A stretch of DNA of 64,000 nucleotides from the human T2T-CHM13v2.0 reference genome, Homo sapiens. Of the stretch, positions 39,173 through 51,318 are shown in pieces. The stretch lies in the NCBI RefSeq assembly GCF_009914755.1, contig NC_060935.1; one strand, written 5' to 3'. Within the stretch, counting starts at the first letter, position 1. The number at the start of each line of letters is the position of its first letter. A program made the position numbers and the translations under genes. Below the pieces are notes generated by a model. The model was not told the DNA's origin and did not search any database. It worked only from the letters and a program-made list of their open reading frames with translations.

Positions 39173-40411
39173 TTCCCTAAGCCTCTATTTTCCTCTGAGA
39201 CAGGCTTAAACTGAATAGCCCCATCTTTGCAGGCCTTAAATAGTAATACTGTTATGTGTTATATTAACATGTATTTTATTGAAAGTCTCTGGTTTTTGTC
39301 TCTCTGAACACAGGCAGGCCTTGCTGAAACTTGCAGATGACATTCCAAAATGCATTCTATCTTAAGATAAGCAGAGAGGGTGGTGAGGAAAAATTGTACA
39401 TACCTTCCCCTCAATGAAGAGGTCCCCGAGGTGTGGCCGGCCTTGGTATAAGCTTTTTGGCTCTGTTAATTCATGAGGGCTGAGTCTGATTGATCCTCAT
39501 GGGGAAGACTAACAAAGGAATCCTTGCAACCATTAGGAATAACACTCATGACCCAGAAAGCAGTTCTGTCTTCATGGGGCATCATCTGTCTTGTTTACTG
39601 AGTGACCTTCTGGCTCATTTTTCTTCCAGCCAGGGTTGGAATTCAATAATCCTAGTTCCTTCCCAAATTTTAGAGCTGGGAAATGCATTCCTCAGGTTTC
39701 TACTTTTCAAAAGCGAAGAATATCTGTGGAGCTCAACTCCTAAATAGTGTGACTTTGTCTGTTTATGTGGTTCTCTTGCTGACTGCCTGGTTGCGACTGT
39801 GCCTGAACTCAGGCCTCTGTGTTTCTGAATCTTAGAAGCGGTGGTTGGCATGTCAAACTTGAAGTCATTGTCCTTTAGTTATCTGAGTGTTATAATTGAA
39901 CAGCACATTTATTAACAAGACTTTAGTAAATCCATCAGCATTCTAGGAATCTTTGATTCATTGACCTATCTCTAATGTAAGCAAAGGCTGCCAGAGAGTT
40001 GCTAACAAGAATTCCATCTTTCCTCAGAACCTTCAGTTCTCTTGGGTCGAAGTTGATACCTGTTTCATGAAAAATGCAAACCCAATTAATTACAGCTGTT
40101 CATAGTATGCCTCTTCTAAGAGACCTCTGCTGTTCCTACCCCAGGGACTGCCAGAATAATTAAAAGTCACAGAAATCAAACAAATGGGCCTCTGGCTAAA
40201 TTATAGAAGATTAACCCAGGAAGAGCACTTATTAAATAGTAAGCAGTCCCCAAAAATATTAAAGTACAAAAAGGATTAGAAATTGTTTTAAGCGTTGGTT
40301 CCAACTTCAGGTGCTGGTCTTCCACTCCACTGTGGAAGGGAACAAATGGATTTTCCTGTCCTAAAGCCAGTGACATTGATCACGCCCCTTGGAGGCTTAA
40401 TAACATCTCAC

Positions 40412-40733
<322 letters not shown>

Positions 40734-41069
40734 AATAATATCTCACGTTAAGCATGGAGTTGCTGTCCACTGTGTGGCCAGAGAGAAAACAAACTGCCAT
40801 TACAGAGGGAGGTGGTATTGGGCTACTTTTTTTTGGAAACAACAGCAAAATGTGAGGCAAATCCGCTTTTAGATCCTGGTTACACTGCTGGATGGAGCTT
40901 AGCAAGCCTGTGATAGGGTAGCCTGGTGGTGGCTTGGGGGATTCCTAGCCATGTCACACAGGACAGATGCCTTTGAGGAGAGATGGCACAGCGCTGGCTC
41001 TCAGGCCCCCATTGCAGGGGGACCAGGCTGTTTATGGATCGGGTGGGAACCCTGTTAGAAAAATAAGTG

Positions 41070-41205
41070 GAGGCTGGGTGTGGTGGCCCACACCTGTAAT
41101 CCCAGCACCTTTGGAGGATGAAGTGGGTGGATTGCTTGAGCCTGGGTGTTCGAGACCAGCCAGGGCAACTTGGCAAAGCCCTGTCTTTAGAAAAATAATA
41201 ATAAT
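41070..41205 (+). mobile_element. Alu monomer (FLAM-like)
   Basis: Single arm ggctgggtgtggtgg...ccctgtctttagaaaaa. Confidence 0.75.
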
Positions 41206-41621
41206 AGTTAATTAATTAGTTAATTATTTTTTAAAAAAAGAAACAGAAGTGGAGCTAAGGAACACAGAGCCTGCCAGAAAGCCAAGGTGGCCAGCTAGAA
41301 GGACACAGAAGAACATTACCATAGTTCTCTCTGAGCATTTGGACTAGGGGTGCTTTCATGTGGTTTTCATATCAAACATACTTTATTTTTATACTTAGGG
41401 GGGAAAGACCTAATACATACAATAAAGGTAACACGAGACAAAACTCTCACCAAAGCCTCACATCTTAGATGCTCTACTGGGTCTCTGCAATTTCTATTAG
41501 GGGCCCCATGGGTTTGAATTCCATTCTAGATTTGATAAGAAAATCCAAATGCTCAACCCCGTCAACCCCCCCCCCCCACCCGTCCACCCCATTTACAAAA
41601 GCCAAGTGAAAACTAAGGAGG

Positions 41622-42133
41622 GGCCGGGTGCAGTGGTTCACACCTGTAATCCCACCACTTTGGAAGGCTGAGGTGAGGGGAACACCTGAGGTCAGGAGTT
41701 CGAGACCAGCCTGACTAATATGGTAAAACCCCGTCTCTACTGAAAACACAAAAATTAGCAAGGTGTGGTGGTGGACACCTATAATCCCAGCTACTTGGGA
41801 GGCTGAGGCAGGAGAATCACTTGAACCTGGGGGCAGAGGTTGCCGTGAGTGGAGATTGTGCCACTGCACTCCAGCCTGGGTGAGAAAAAGTGAAACTCCA
41901 AAGAAAAAGAAGAAAGAAAGGAAGAAAGAAAGAAAGAGAGAGAGAAAGAGAGAAAGAGAGAGAGAGAGGGAGAGAGGGAGGGAGGGAGGGAAAGAAAGAA
42001 AGAGAGAGAAAGAGAAAGAAAGAGAGAGAGAGAGAAAGAAAGAAGAGGAGGAAGGAGAAGAAGGAAGGAAGGAAGAAAAGAGAGAGAGGGAGAAAGAGAG
42101 AGAGGGAGGGAGGGAGGAAGGAAGGGAGGAAGG
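41622..42133 (+). mobile_element. Alu with an expanded GA-rich purine tail
   Basis: Alu body 41622-41900; purine tract to 42133; TSD aaactaaggagg at 41610 and 42134. Confidence 0.9.
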
Positions 42134-42959
42134 AAACTAAGGAGGAAGGTGGCGTGTACAGAGGTACAGAGGCCCTCAGGTCCTAGCTGGCCCTGGGTGA
42201 CAAGAGTGAAACTCCGAAGCAAAAGGAAGGAAGGAAGGAAGTAAACTAAGGAGGAAGGTGGCATGTACAGAGGACCTCAGGTCCTAGCCGGCACTGGCAC
42301 CTATGCAGGTTCCAATGGGCTGAGCTTTGCAAAAGTTCATTGTGTAACCCAGGAAGCCCAAATATATTTCTGAGAAGATGTCTTTTCAAAGTGATTTTCC
42401 TTTTAGGAAGTGAGAGGAGAATGAAGGGGAGGTTTTTCCTACTTCTGATGTTAAAAAAGTCAAAACAAAATAAATTGGTGTTCAATGCAACTATTGGCCA
42501 AAGCACTATCATCACCAGGACCTGTACCTCAAACACACCTCCTGACAGCCCCTTCCATTCTAATCAAGGTATGCCCAACTGTGGTCACCCAGGGGCTGTT
42601 TACCTTTACTTAAAGAGAAATGCTGGTAGTAAGCCATAAAAATTACCATATTCACCATCTTTCTGCTTCAAAGAAGGTTTTAGATTAGCAATGGCTGGAT
42701 CAATCACTGTGAGTATGTTCTTGGGAACTAAAAGCCAAGAAGAAATATTTTAAATATGTGGTATATTTTTAAAATGTGGACTCTTAATATATTTTTAAAT
42801 GCAATGTAGATAAGATTTTAAAATCACTTTCCAAATTGGTGCAGGAGTCACTCCCTCTCCCTGTTACATACACATACATACACACAACCCAATGGTATCC
42901 ACGTGATCATCAAATGCTCCAGAGAGGTGGGTTTAGGCCCAATTTGCAATATTTAAAAA

Positions 42960-43660
42960 ATGGAGAATAAAAACAAGATATGATATATCCATCCAGCAGA
43001 ATACACCTCAGTAATAAAAAGGAATGAAAAGCTCGGCATGGTGGCTTACACCTGTAATCCCAGCACTTTGGGAGGTAGAGGTGGACAGATTACTTGAGGT
43101 CAGGAGTTCGAGACCAGCCTGGCCAACATATTTGAAACCCCATCTGTACTAAAAATACAAAGTTAGCTGGGCTTGGTGGCACAAGGCTGTAATCCCAGCT
43201 ACTTGGGAGGCTGAGGCAGGGAGAATTGCTTGAACCCGGGAGGCAGAGGTTGCAGTGAGCGAAGATCGCACCACTGCATCCCAGCCTGGGTGACAGCGTG
43301 AGACTTCAACTCCAAAAAAAAAAAGTGAAGTACTGATATGATACATGCTACAACATGGATGAACCTCTGAAACATTACATTCAGTTAAAGACGTCAGCCA
43401 TGCACACACACACAAAACATCCATTGCATAATTCCATTTGTATGAAATATTCAGAAAAGGCAAATCTAGAGAGAAAGTAGATGCGTGGTGACCTGGGACT
43501 GGGGGGTTGGAAATGGGGCAGTGATGGCAAATGGGCACAAGGGAGCTTCGGGGGATTGTGAAAATGTTTTAAAACTGGAGGGTAGTGATGGTTGCACAAC
43601 TCTAAATTTACTAAAAATCATTGAATTTTATTCATGTGTAATAGAATTTTAAGAAAAATA
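42960..43660 (+). mobile_element. Old L1M 3' fragment interrupted by an Alu (43031-43325)
   Basis: catgctacaacatggatgaacctc, ataattccatttgtatgaaatattcagaaaaggcaaatc, gatggttgcacaac. Confidence 0.75.
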
Positions 43661-43690
43661 AACAACACCTCAATAGAGTGGTTAACTCTG

Positions 43691-44355
43691 GGCCGGGCAT
43701 GGTGGCTCACGCCTGTAATCCTGGCACTTTGGGAGTCTGAGGCAGGTGGATCACTTGAGTCAGGAGTTCAAGACCAGCCTGGCCAACATGGTGAAACCCC
43801 ATCTCTACTAAAAAATACAAAAATTAGCCGGACGTGCTCACTTTTGAGCAAGTGGAGGAAGTGGAGGTTGCAGTGAGCTGAGAGTGTGCCACTGCACTCC
43901 AGTCTGGGTGACAGAGCAAGACTCCATCTCAAAAAAAAATATATATATATATACATATATATATACACATATGTATATATATACATATATATACACATGT
44001 ATACATACATATATATACATATGTATATATACATATATATATACACATGTATACATACACATATGTATCACATATGTATACATACACATATGTATCACAT
44101 ATGTGTATATATACCATATGTATCACATATGTGTATATATACCATATGTATCACATATGTGTATATATACACATATGTATATATACATATATACACGTAT
44201 GTATATATACATATATACACGTATGTATATATACATATATACACATATGTATATATACATATATACATATATATACATATATACATACATATACATATAT
44301 ACATACATATATATACATACACATATATACATATATATACACACACACACAGTGC

Positions 44356-44413
<58 letters not shown>

Positions 44414-44431
44414 GTATATGCACACACACAC
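43691..44431 (+). mobile_element. Alu with a ~490-bp TA/TACA/TATG array in place of its tail
   Basis: TSD agtggttaactctg at 43677-43690 and 44432-44445 encloses both Alu and array. Confidence 0.92.
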
Positions 44432-46152
44432 AGTGGTTAACTCTGAAGATGAGCTTCCCTGGACTTAGTAAAGCAAAATGACTGTGACCAACTCAAAATC
44501 CACCATTAAACTCTCCCAGCACCTGCTCTTCTGCTTTCTACCCCAAGCTCTTTGCCTCTGTGTTTCCATCGTAAATCTGGAAAGAATTCGAAGACTCTGT
44601 GCTAAAGTGATTTGCTAAATATTATCAGAAAGGAAGACAGAAAGATGCAGAGAGGATGGCAGCGTGACCGACTCCTTTGAAGGTGGTTGAAGACTCTGCT
44701 GAACTGACGCTAAGAGTAAGCCCTGGGATGTCAGAACCCCCAGGCAAAGCAGCTGGCAGATGACAACACCCGCTGAAACAGAGGGCAGAGCAAGAATTCT
44801 GCAGGCCAAGCACACTGCCGCAGGCTGGGAGAAGGGAGTGGAAACCAAATATTCCTCCTGCATAAAATTGCTTATTTTTGTTTGTTCCTCAGCCCAGCTG
44901 AGATCTTGGAGAAGTAGCAACAGGAAATGGAAAGAAAGCAAAAACAAACTGCAAATTCAATTGCACTGCTTTTTAAAAAAAGAACAAGTGAGACATCTTC
45001 AGCAGCAAGAAAACCTTGTTTCCTTTCTTGGAGGGCTTAACTAAATTCTTCTGGGGATGTCCCAGGATCAACAACCACAGGACATTCCTAGATTGTGAGT
45101 TTTCCAGGTACAGGAGGCCCTGGTGCCTTCGTGCCCATCAGCAGCAAGGGAGACTTCCCAGGGAGGCCCGGTGAAGCTGCTGGAGTTGGCTGATGATTTC
45201 CAGGGCCTCAAGGAATGTCCCTTGGCTGTCCTCAGGGCACACCACTGATCCTGGGACCATGACAGCTTCGGAGAGCTGAGCTGAGCTGAGCTGCTGCAAA
45301 ATGCTTTCTGCTTTAATTGCCTCTCATTCATTTCTGGGCCCTGAGAAGGATGCAGTAGCCCGGGAAGTGTCAGCTCTCCCTGCCAGGGGTGGGACTTCTT
45401 TCTCATGTCTGCCTCTTGGCTTGTTCTCAAACTGTGGCTTCAGGAGGGCCTTGGCTCTTGGCAAATTCCAGAGGCTTTACAGTTTGAGAAAGAATCAGAA
45501 TTTTGAAGAGGAGCTCAGAGAGGAAGGTCATTCTAGGATGCACTTTGCAGAATCACCAGGCAGTGAAAAGGTGAAATTGGCTGTGTATGACACAGGCCAC
45601 TGCAGGGAATGTGCCCCTCTACTATGTGAAATTGGCTCTGATATCCAGAGAATCTTTTAGGACCTTTAAAATCACCGTTGTCAACACACTTGTCAGATTT
45701 TTGCATCTCCTTGTTTCATACTGTTTTAGAATGAGGTCGGGGACTGGGGTGTGATTGATCACCGTCCTGCTCCACTTCAGATATGTTGGTGAAAACACTA
45801 GGGACCACTCTTCATGGAGCTCCTACTGTGTGCAGGACCCTGTTCTCAGCAGTTTAAACCAGGGCCATCTTCCTCCTTATCAATACCTTTCCTCTCCCAC
45901 TCAGCAGCCTCAGCGTCTCAGCCCCTAGTGTGCAGCTAGTGCACATACCCTAGTGTTCACCGTACAGGATGGTTCTCTTTGGAAGACTTAAACCACCAAC
46001 CCAAGCTAAATTAGGCCCCCTCCACTGCTATAGTCTTCTTCCCTTTTCTAAAATAGCATTTGTCACAATAGGGCATGATGATGTGTCTGGCTATTTGGTT
46101 AATGCTTGCCTTTCTCCCTCAACTGTTCACCCCATGAAAACAGGATGGTGTC

Positions 46153-46497
46153 TTTTTTTTTTTTTTTTTTTTTTTGAGACAGAGTTTCACCCTTCTCACC
46201 CAAGCTGAGTGCAGTGGTGAGATTTCAGCTCACTGCCATCACCCAAGCTGAGTGCAGTGGTGAGATCTCAGCTCACTGCCAATTCCGCCTACCAGGTTCA
46301 AGTGATTCTCCTTGTCACAGCCTCCCAAGTAGCTGGGATTACAGGCATACTTCACCATGCCCAGATAATTTTGTATTTTTAGTAGAGACAGGGTTTCAAC
46401 CTGTTAGCCAGGATGGTCTCCATCTCCTGACCTCGTGATCCACCTGCCTCAGCCTCCCAAAGTGCTGGGATTACAGGCGTGAACCACAATGCCCAGC
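46153..46497 (-). mobile_element. Alu with an internal 43-bp tandem duplication
   Basis: tcacccaagctgagtgcagtggtgagatYtcagctcactgcca at 46196 and 46239. Confidence 0.9.
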
Positions 46498-46499
46498 AT

Positions 46500-46842
46500 T
46501 AGTTTAGTTTTTCAGAGACAGGGTTTCACTCTGTTACCCAGGCTGGAGTGCAGTGGTGCAATCATAGCTCACTGCAGCCTTGAACTCTTGGGCTCAAACC
46601 TAGGCTCAAGGGATCCTCTCGCCTCAGCTTCTCAAGTACCTGGGAATATATGAATGCACACCATGCCCAGCTTACATTTATTTGTTTAAAAGACAAGAAA
46701 GAGGCCAGGCACTGTGGCTCACACCCGTAATCCCAGCATTTTGGGAGGGAGGCTGAGGGAGGAGGATCGCTTGAGCCCAGAATTTGGAGACCAGCCTGGG
46801 AAACATAGCAAGGCCTCATCTCTAATTTAAAAAAAAAAAAAA
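46500..46842. mobile_element. Two Alu monomer fragments in opposite orientation (46500-46675 minus; 46702-46842 plus)
   Basis: Alu arm motifs on each strand. Confidence 0.75.
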
Positions 46843-47206
46843 GCAAGAAAGATGATATGATACCAAATCAAATCATTTCCTTTACTAGGAAAAGGGCAAA
46901 AACAAGGCATGGTGTCAGTTAAGGATCCCTCCTTAGAGAAGCATGAAAAGTCTGCCCCAAATCTGGTAAATCCAGGAACAACTGACTGTCAAGCTGATGG
47001 TGCATTCTAGGTAAGGATGATTTGGACCAGGTTGTACTTTGTTCCCAAAGAATTCAAGGAAAACTTTGTTTGTTTGTTTAATCTGCTTAACATAGTAAAA
47101 TCTTTCTTTGCAATATCATACAAAGTTGGCATTACATATGCACTGTTGAAGAAAACATAGTTAATTTTTTTTTAAAGAATGTACTCCAAAACCATTTAAT
47201 TAGTAA

Positions 47207-47525
<319 letters not shown>

Positions 47526-47965
47526 CTTTGAGTACATTTTCTAAGAAGTTGGTCATGAGTTCAGATGTCTGCCTCAAAGAGATACTTGTGGTTTCCATTA
47601 AAGAACCCACCTTCCCTTTCTACAGGAGTATTTATGGGAGATATGGGCCTGGAGGTTGGAATCTATCCTGGTTGTACTTTGCTCTACTGAAGTAAGGAGT
47701 AAACCTACAAATACATTCATATTGAAGTGTACAAAGGGGGCTCTACAATAGGTAGGAATTCTATTTAGTTTTGTTGGGTAACAAATCCTTTGAGAAGCAA
47801 ATAATAGCTCACCTACAAAACTGGTGATCTGTATAAGTTGGGATTTTTCATGGATCAGTTTTGCTTGGATTGAACTATATAATCACAAATATATTTATAC
47901 CTAGAGAGACAGAAAGAGTGTCTGTTGAAACTGTATCATCTTAACGTGTCTATAAAAGGCAATAC

Positions 47966-48162
47966 CTGGAAGGTGGTGGATGCCACACAGGTTAAGCTGT
48001 CTTCCCTCTGGGAGGCAGGCTTCTGGGAACTACACATTTGGTAATCTTGCCCATAAAATGCCAATTGGACACTTACTGTAGAATGCCAAGGGCACTGTAG
48101 ATTCAGATAGTCCCCATCACAGGCATAGATGGTGTGGTTTTGCAGGAGTTTGGTTAGGTAAC
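47966..48162 (-). pseudogene. Orphan EVA1C-like exon (197 nt; first part of the SUEL-type lectin domain), EVA1C pseudogene fragment
   Basis: ttttctag|GTTAC...TTCCAG|gtattg; GYLTKLLQNHTIYACDGDYLNLQCPWHSTVSVQLAFYGQDYQMCSSQKPASQREDSLTCVASTTFQ matches EVA1C as recalled. Confidence 0.88.
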
Positions 48163-48364
48163 CTAGAAAATATTCAGTCGGGTTACAAGAGGCCCAGGAA
48201 CCCACCATTCCTCCTTGGGTTTGGGGACAGGAGGACGTTGGTTCCCCTGGGGAAGGACTGTTGAGTTAACAACATGTGGGGTAGGGCCTCCCTAGCAGCT
48301 CTGGTGCAGAGGTCACAAAACCAGGCCCAGAGGTGGGGCACAGGAGCCAATGTCAGCTTTCATG

Positions 48365-48705
48365 TTGATATGGAAAGGGGGCAGGGGAGTGCTGGGTAGA
48401 GAAGGGTGGGGACCCTAGCAAGGGCTCTGCCCTCGGGCTTGTGCCCTTGGACCTTAGTGAGAACAGGCACTCCTGTTTTCATGTCCAAATGTTGCATTTT
48501 CCAAGACTACTCTGGCCTGCTGTGAGCCCCATTCTGTGTCCATAAAAAACCCAAGACCCTAGTGGGCACAGACACAAGTGGCTGGACGTCGAGAGGAGCA
48601 GAGAAGCAGAAGAGCACACCGACAGACATCAGCAGATGCTGGCAGGCTTTTGACAGTGGGGAGATGTGGAATTCAGTTGGGGGTGGTCGGTGGAGAGTCT
48701 GGCTA
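48365..48705 (+). mobile_element. ERV1-class LTR fragment (LTR1/LTR27/MER52 group; family uncertain)
   Basis: tgatatggaaagggggcagggg...gtgctgggtagagaaggg and gacacaagtggctggacgtcgagagg motifs. Confidence 0.5.
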
Positions 48706-49045
48706 CTGTTTCAATGTCTGGGTCAGAAACCTTGGTCTGGGATGGCCCACTGAATGGTTTGGAGAGCTCTTTCCTCTTCAGGAAGCACTAAGGTATTGGC
48801 CAGGAGCCAAGAAGTCCTGAAGCACCTTTATAAACCAGGAAAAAAAAATTGGGGTGAGTATCCCCTGGACGTGTGGATGCCCATCCTGAGGGAGGCTTTC
48901 ATTTGCTCATCTCCCACTAGTGAGGCCATGTCTTATTGGGATGAGAGGGTGCAGTTTCATTTCAAGAAATCACTCGTGGCTCTGTCTTGGTGCTGGAGAG
49001 GAAAGACAGGCAGGGTGCCCTGTGCAGAGAGGTGATGGTGGGGCT

Positions 49046-50430
49046 CTGCTGTGGGTTGAATGGTGTCCTTTCAAATTCACGTTCATCAATGTGGGGAAAA
49101 GAAAGAGAGATCAGATTGTTACTGTGTCTGTGTAGAAAGTAGAAATAAGAGACTCCGTTTAGTTCTGTACTAAGAAAAATTCTTCTGCCTTGAAATGCTG
49201 TTAATCTGTAACCCTACCCCCAACCCTGTGCTCCCTGAGACATGTGCTGTGTCAACTCAGGGTTAAATGGATTAAGGGCTGTGCAGGGTGTGCTTTGTTA
49301 AACAAATGCTTGAAGGCAGCAGCTTGTTCAGAGTCATCACCACTCCCTACTCTCAAGTACCCAGAGACACAAAACTGCTGAAGGCTGCAGGAACCTCTGC
49401 CTAGGAAAGCCGGGTATTGTCCAAGATTTCTCCCCATGTGATAGCCTGAGATATGGCCTCCTGGGAAGGGAAAGACCTGACTGTCCCCCAGCCCGACACC
49501 CGTAAACGGTCTGTGCTGAGGATTAGTGAAAGAGGAAGGCCTCTTTGCAGTTGAGATAAGAGGAAGGCATCTGTCTCCTGCTTGTCCCTGGGCAATGGAA
49601 TGTCTCGGTGTCAAGCCCGATTGTATATTCCATCTACTGAGATAAGGGAAAACCACCTTAGGGCTGGAGGTGGGACATGCTGGCAGCAATACTGCTCTTT
49701 AATGGATTAAGATGTTTATGTGTATGCACATCAAAAGCACAGCACTTAATTCTTTACCTTGTTTATGATGCAGAGTCCTTTGTTCACGTGTTTTCCTACT
49801 GACCTTCTCTCCACTATTACCCTATTGTCCTGCCAAGTCCCCCTCTCTGGGAAACATCCGATAATGATCAAGAAATACTAAGGGAACTCAGAGGCTGGTG
49901 CTGGCACAGGTCCTCCGTATGCTGAACGGTGGTCCCCTGGGCCCTATTTTCTTTCTGTATACTTTGTCTCTGTGTCTCTTTCTTTTCCAAGTCTCTCGTT
50001 CCACCTGACGAAAAATGCCCACAGGTGTGGAGTGGCAACCCACCCCTTCAATCAGGAACCTCAGAATGTGACATTTGGAAATAGCGTGGTTGCAGATGTA
50101 ACGAATTAACTTGGCGACATACTGGAGTAAGGTGGGCCCTTAACACCCTATGACTGGAATCCTTATAAGAAGAAAAGAAGAGACACAGAGGGAAGACAGC
50201 TGCGTGCAGCTGGAATGATGCACCTGAAGCCAAGGGATGCTGCGCATTGCCAGCCACCACCCAAAACTGGAAAAGGCCAGGAAGGATTCTTCCCTAGAAC
50301 CTTCAAAGGCAGCACAGCCCTGCCAACAACTGCATTCAGACTCTGGCCTCCAGAACTGTGAGAGGATGAATTTCTGTCGTTTTCAGCCACCCAAGCTTAG
50401 GAAATGGGTTGCAGCAGACTCGGAATAAGA
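49046..50430 (+). mobile_element. MLT1-like MaLR LTR split by the LTR5 insertion
   Basis: tgtgggttgaatggtgtcc before the insertion; ggaacctcagaatgtgac...ggcctccagaactgtgagag after it. Confidence 0.7.
49090..50050 (+). mobile_element. HERV-K(HML-2) solo LTR, LTR5B-like
   Basis: TGTGGGGAAAAGAAAGAGAGATCAGATTGTTAC...CCCACAGGTGTGGAG...CCCCTTCA; imperfect TSD atcaa/atcag. Confidence 0.9.
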
Positions 50431-50885
50431 CAGGCAGCCAGTCAGCCTCCGTGGAATTCCCAGGCAGCTTGCAGGAGCCACAGTGGGCCCTGGGCTCTGA
50501 GAAGGTCTGAGGCCCAGCAGGCGCAGGGGCCTAAACTATTTCTCTGCAAGGAGGAAGGAAGGTTCATCCAGAACGTAGATCCCCTTCCTCCTTCTCACAC
50601 CTCACAAGGTCACAGCGAGGTGGCTGGGAGGACAGCCAGGGACTTTTCACTGAGATGTGTGGGAGACAGCTTGGTAGCCCTTGGCCTCTGAAGGGAGGAG
50701 GTGGCATGAAGTAGGGCAGCTTCTGAAATTCCCAGTTCCTGCTTGATGACCTGTGTGTAAAGTATTCCTGTTTAGGTCTCAAAATCCTCTCAGAAATATA
50801 ATTCTCAGAAAATCCAGGCACCCAATCCAGCTCCCTGGCCTTCCTGAAATCTGAAGTCAAAGGGGCTGAGCCAGCCTGCCCTGGG

Positions 50886-51298
50886 TGTCAGGCCTCTGAG
50901 CCCAAGCTAAGCCATCATATCCCCTGTGACCCGCACATACACATCCAGATGGCTGGTTCCTGCCTTAAGTGATGACATTCCACCACAAAAGAAGTGAAAA
51001 TGGCCTGTTCCTGCCTTAACTGATGACATTGTCTTGTGAAATTCCTTCTCCTGGCTCATCCTGGCTCAAAACCTCCCCCACTGAGTACCTTGTGACCCCC
51101 ACTCTGCCCACCAGAGAACAACTCCCCCTTTGACTGTAATTTTCCTTTACCTACCCAAATCCTATAAAACAGCCCCACCCCATCTCCCTTCACTGACTCT
51201 CTTTTCAGACTCAGCCCCCCTGCACCCAGGTGAAATAAACAGCCATGTTGCTCACATAAAGCCTGTTTGGTGGTCTCTTCACACGGATGCGCATGAAA
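50886..51298 (+). promoter_or_regulatory. 5' LTR7
   Basis: TGTCAGGCCTCTGAGCCCAAGC start; TATA-like cctataaaa; aataaa; ends gcatgaaa. Confidence 0.93.
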
Positions 51299-51300
51299 TT

Positions 51301-51318
51301 TGGTGCAGTGACTGGGAT
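51301..51318 (+). other. Primer-binding site complementary to tRNA-His
   Basis: tggtgcagtgactgggat vs consensus TGGTGCCGTGACTCGGAT (2 mismatches). Confidence 0.85.

Noticed and set aside
41763-42264. Glu/Arg/Lys-rich and Ser/Leu-rich ORFs
   Set aside because: Alu sequence plus a GA purine tract.
43768-44481. Tyr/Ile-rich ORFs
   Set aside because: Translations of the TA-rich array.
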